Assembly (NCBI GenBank): GCA_009836005.1
Contig: VXWG01000088.1
Location: forward strand, 17,169-81,168
Reading direction: 5' to 3'
Origin: Candidatus Palauibacter irciniicola
GTDB lineage: Bacteria > Gemmatimonadota > Gemmatimonadetes > Palauibacterales > Palauibacteraceae
Length of the DNA: 64,000 nt
This document shows positions 62,290 through 64,000 of the stretch, piece by piece. Below the pieces are notes generated by a model. The model saw nothing but the letters and a program-made list of their open reading frames with translations. It searched no databases and was not told the DNA's origin. How positions within the stretch are numbered: position 1 is the first letter of the stretch; each line of letters starts with the position of its first letter. The position numbers and the translations under genes are program-made.

Positions 62290-62702
62290 AAGCGGTATTC
62301 GTCGATACCAGCGCCTGGTATCCCCTGGCTGACGGCGCACACCCGGATCACCAGGCGCTCGTCGAGGCTCTTCGCGTCCGGGTTCGGCGGGGCGTCGCCG
62401 TCGTGACTTCCAACCTCGTGGTGGCCGAGAGCCACGCGCTGCTGCTGCGGCGCGTGGGGCGAGAGGTCGCGCTCGCCTTCCTCGAAGCGGTCCGGCGACC
62501 TCCGAATCGGATCGAGCATGTGACACCGGAACGGGAAGACACGGCCGTTGACTCGTGGATTCGACGTTTCGCGGACCAGGATTTTTCGCTCGCCGACGCC
62601 ACGAGCTTCGCGATCATGTCCGAGTTGGGGATCGAGGAGGCCCTGACTCTGGACCGGCACTTTGCAACGGCGGGGTTCATCATGATCCCCGCCACCACCT
62701 GA
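62286..62702 (+). CDS. vapC: PIN-domain toxin VapC
   Basis: VFVDTSAW...E...D...D PIN motifs across 138 aa. Confidence 0.8.
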   Translation: MKAVFVDTSAWYPLADGAHPDHQALVEALRVRVRRGVAVVTSNLVVAESHALLLRRVGREVALAFLEAVRRPPNRIEHVTPEREDTAVDSWIRRFADQDFSLADATSFAIMSELGIEEALTLDRHFATAGFIMIPATT

Positions 62703-62712
62703 GCGAGGGCCT

Positions 62713-63645
62713 TCAGGCTGGGGGACTCCACACGGCGGCGACGGCCGGATCCGGGGTGGGGAGGCGGTCGGGGTGGAGCAGGCCGGCGAGGATCTCGATG
62801 CCGGTGACGAAGCGGGGGCCCGAGCGGTTGAAGTAGGAGGAGGCGTCAACGACCCAGGCGCGTCCCTCGGCGACCGCGCGCGGAGCCATCTCCCCGAGAC
62901 GTTCGGCGTGCGCGTCGGCATCCCGCCGGGCCGCTTCGAGGCCATAGCCGCAGGGCATGAGGAGGAGCGCGTCGGGATCGAGGTCTCCGATCTCCTCCCA
63001 CGCCACCTCCCGGGAAGGCTGCCCCGCCTCGCCCGCCAGGTTCCGGCCGCCGGCGAGTTCGATCATCTCCGGCACCCAGTGGCCCGGTGCGAACGGCGGA
63101 TCGAACCACTCTATCCCGAGCACCCGCAGCGGGTCGGTGTCCTGTACGGCAACGCGCACCGCGTCGAGTCGGCTTCGGAGCGAGCCCCCCGCGTCTCGGG
63201 CGACGTCCGGATGACCGACGGCGCGCGCCACCTGGGTGACCGACGCGAGAATGTCCTCGATCGTGTGGGCGTCGAGCGACACGACCTCGGCATCGATCGC
63301 GCGCGCCCCGAGCACCTCCTGCACCCCGCCCGTCGGCACGGCGCACACCTCGCACACGGCCTGGGTGAGGATGATGTCCGGGTCGAGTCCTTCGAGGACG
63401 GCCCCGTCGATCTCGTACACGCTGCCGTGTTCGATCATGGCCTGCCGCACGGCGGCGTCGATCTCTCCGCTGGAGAGGCCCTCCGGGTCGAAGCGGGGGC
63501 GGCTGACGCGCGGACGGTCGAGGAGGTGCGGCGGATGATCGCACTCGTGTGAGATGCCGACGAGACATTCGCCGAGGCCGAGGGCGTCGACGATCTCGGT
63601 CCCCGACGCGAGGAGCGAAACGATCCGGGGAGCGGCGGCCGCCAC
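62713..63645 (-). CDS. periplasmic-binding-protein-like (BtuF/FhuD/TroA fold) cobalamin/siderophore-type binding protein, no obvious signal peptide
   Basis: Family-level similarity (IVSLLASGTEIVDALGLGECLVG...). There is no hydrophobic N-terminal leader. Confidence 0.65.
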   Translation of the reverse strand: MAAAAPRIVSLLASGTEIVDALGLGECLVGISHECDHPPHLLDRPRVSRPRFDPEGLSSGEIDAAVRQAMIEHGSVYEIDGAVLEGLDPDIILTQAVCEVCAVPTGGVQEVLGARAIDAEVVSLDAHTIEDILASVTQVARAVGHPDVARDAGGSLRSRLDAVRVAVQDTDPLRVLGIEWFDPPFAPGHWVPEMIELAGGRNLAGEAGQPSREVAWEEIGDLDPDALLLMPCGYGLEAARRDADAHAERLGEMAPRAVAEGRAWVVDASSYFNRSGPRFVTGIEILAGLLHPDRLPTPDPAVAAVWSPPA

Positions 63646-63660
63646 GGGTTCAGGCCCCCA

Positions 63661-63990
63661 TCAGTACTGCCGCATCGCCGGGTCGATCTCCTCGGCCCAC
63701 GCGAGGATCCCCCCCGCGAGGTTCACGGCGTGGTCGAACCCCACCGCGCGCAGGTATTCGACGGCACGGTCGCCGCGAGGGCCCGAACGACAGTGGATGA
63801 TGAGGGGTTCCGATGCGTCCAGGCTCTCCACGGCCTGCGGAAGCGTGGCGAGCGGCACGAGCCGCGCCCCCGCCTCCTCCAGGTTACAGATCGCCCACTC
63901 GTAGTCCTCGCGTACGTCGATGAGCTGGAAGCCCTCGCCGGCGTCGATCCGGCGCTTCAGTTCGTGTACGTCGATGTCGAAGTCGTCCAT
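63661..63990 (-). CDS. rhodanese-domain sulfurtransferase
   Basis: Active-site loop CRSGPRG. Single-domain size of 109 aa. Confidence 0.8.
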   Translation of the reverse strand: MDDFDIDVHELKRRIDAGEGFQLIDVREDYEWAICNLEEAGARLVPLATLPQAVESLDASEPLIIHCRSGPRGDRAVEYLRAVGFDHAVNLAGGILAWAEEIDPAMRQY

Positions 63991-64000
63991 CGCACTCTCC

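Overview
This is a 64 kb window at roughly 70% GC. It reads as core chromosome of a diderm bacterium, not an accessory island. The diderm call rests on System-I cytochrome c maturation (ccmABCD), a Kdo transferase next to an MsbA-like exporter, a DsbA-VKOR pair and an outer-membrane beta-barrel protein. I guess a Gemmatimonadota-like lineage, with low certainty. I support about 60 protein genes. I found no rRNA, tRNA, CRISPR, integrase or transposase.

Content:
- Housekeeping: leuS, gyrA, uvrA, proB-proA, serA plus a class-V aminotransferase, acs, a sigma-70 factor.
- Envelope: waaA, msbA, ccmABCD, dsbA-VKOR.
- Transport and ion handling: two MFS, CDF, SSF, AGCS, copA, an RCK K+ channel.
- Two VapBC (RHH antitoxin + PIN toxin) modules with palindromic operators.
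- A sugar/inositol-type module (MFS, Gfo/Idh/MocA oxidoreductase, TIM-barrel isomerase).
- An orphan Dam-family N6-adenine methyltransferase.
- Several secreted hydrolases.

Recurring architecture: adjacent co-directional genes very often overlap by 4 nt (ATGA, GTGA or TTGA). Convergent gene pairs repeatedly share a 4-nt stop overlap, CTAG in three cases and TTAG in a fourth. A CGTTCCC-N-GGGAACG hairpin recurs just after gene ends.

Candidates for something undescribed:
- A catalytically dead DEAD-box-like protein that keeps a DbpA RNA-binding domain and is translationally coupled to a K+ channel.
- A 477-aa tail-anchored protein of unknown function at the end of a gyrA-dehydratase-HAD chain.
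- A pspA-SSF transporter pair that shares a palindrome-bearing intergenic region with copA.
- A frameshift-split CarboxypepD_reg-domain gene.
- An unannotated ccmD.

The ORF track contains many long antisense or N-terminally over-extended ORFs that are artefacts of high GC. The track translates GTG and TTG starts as M.
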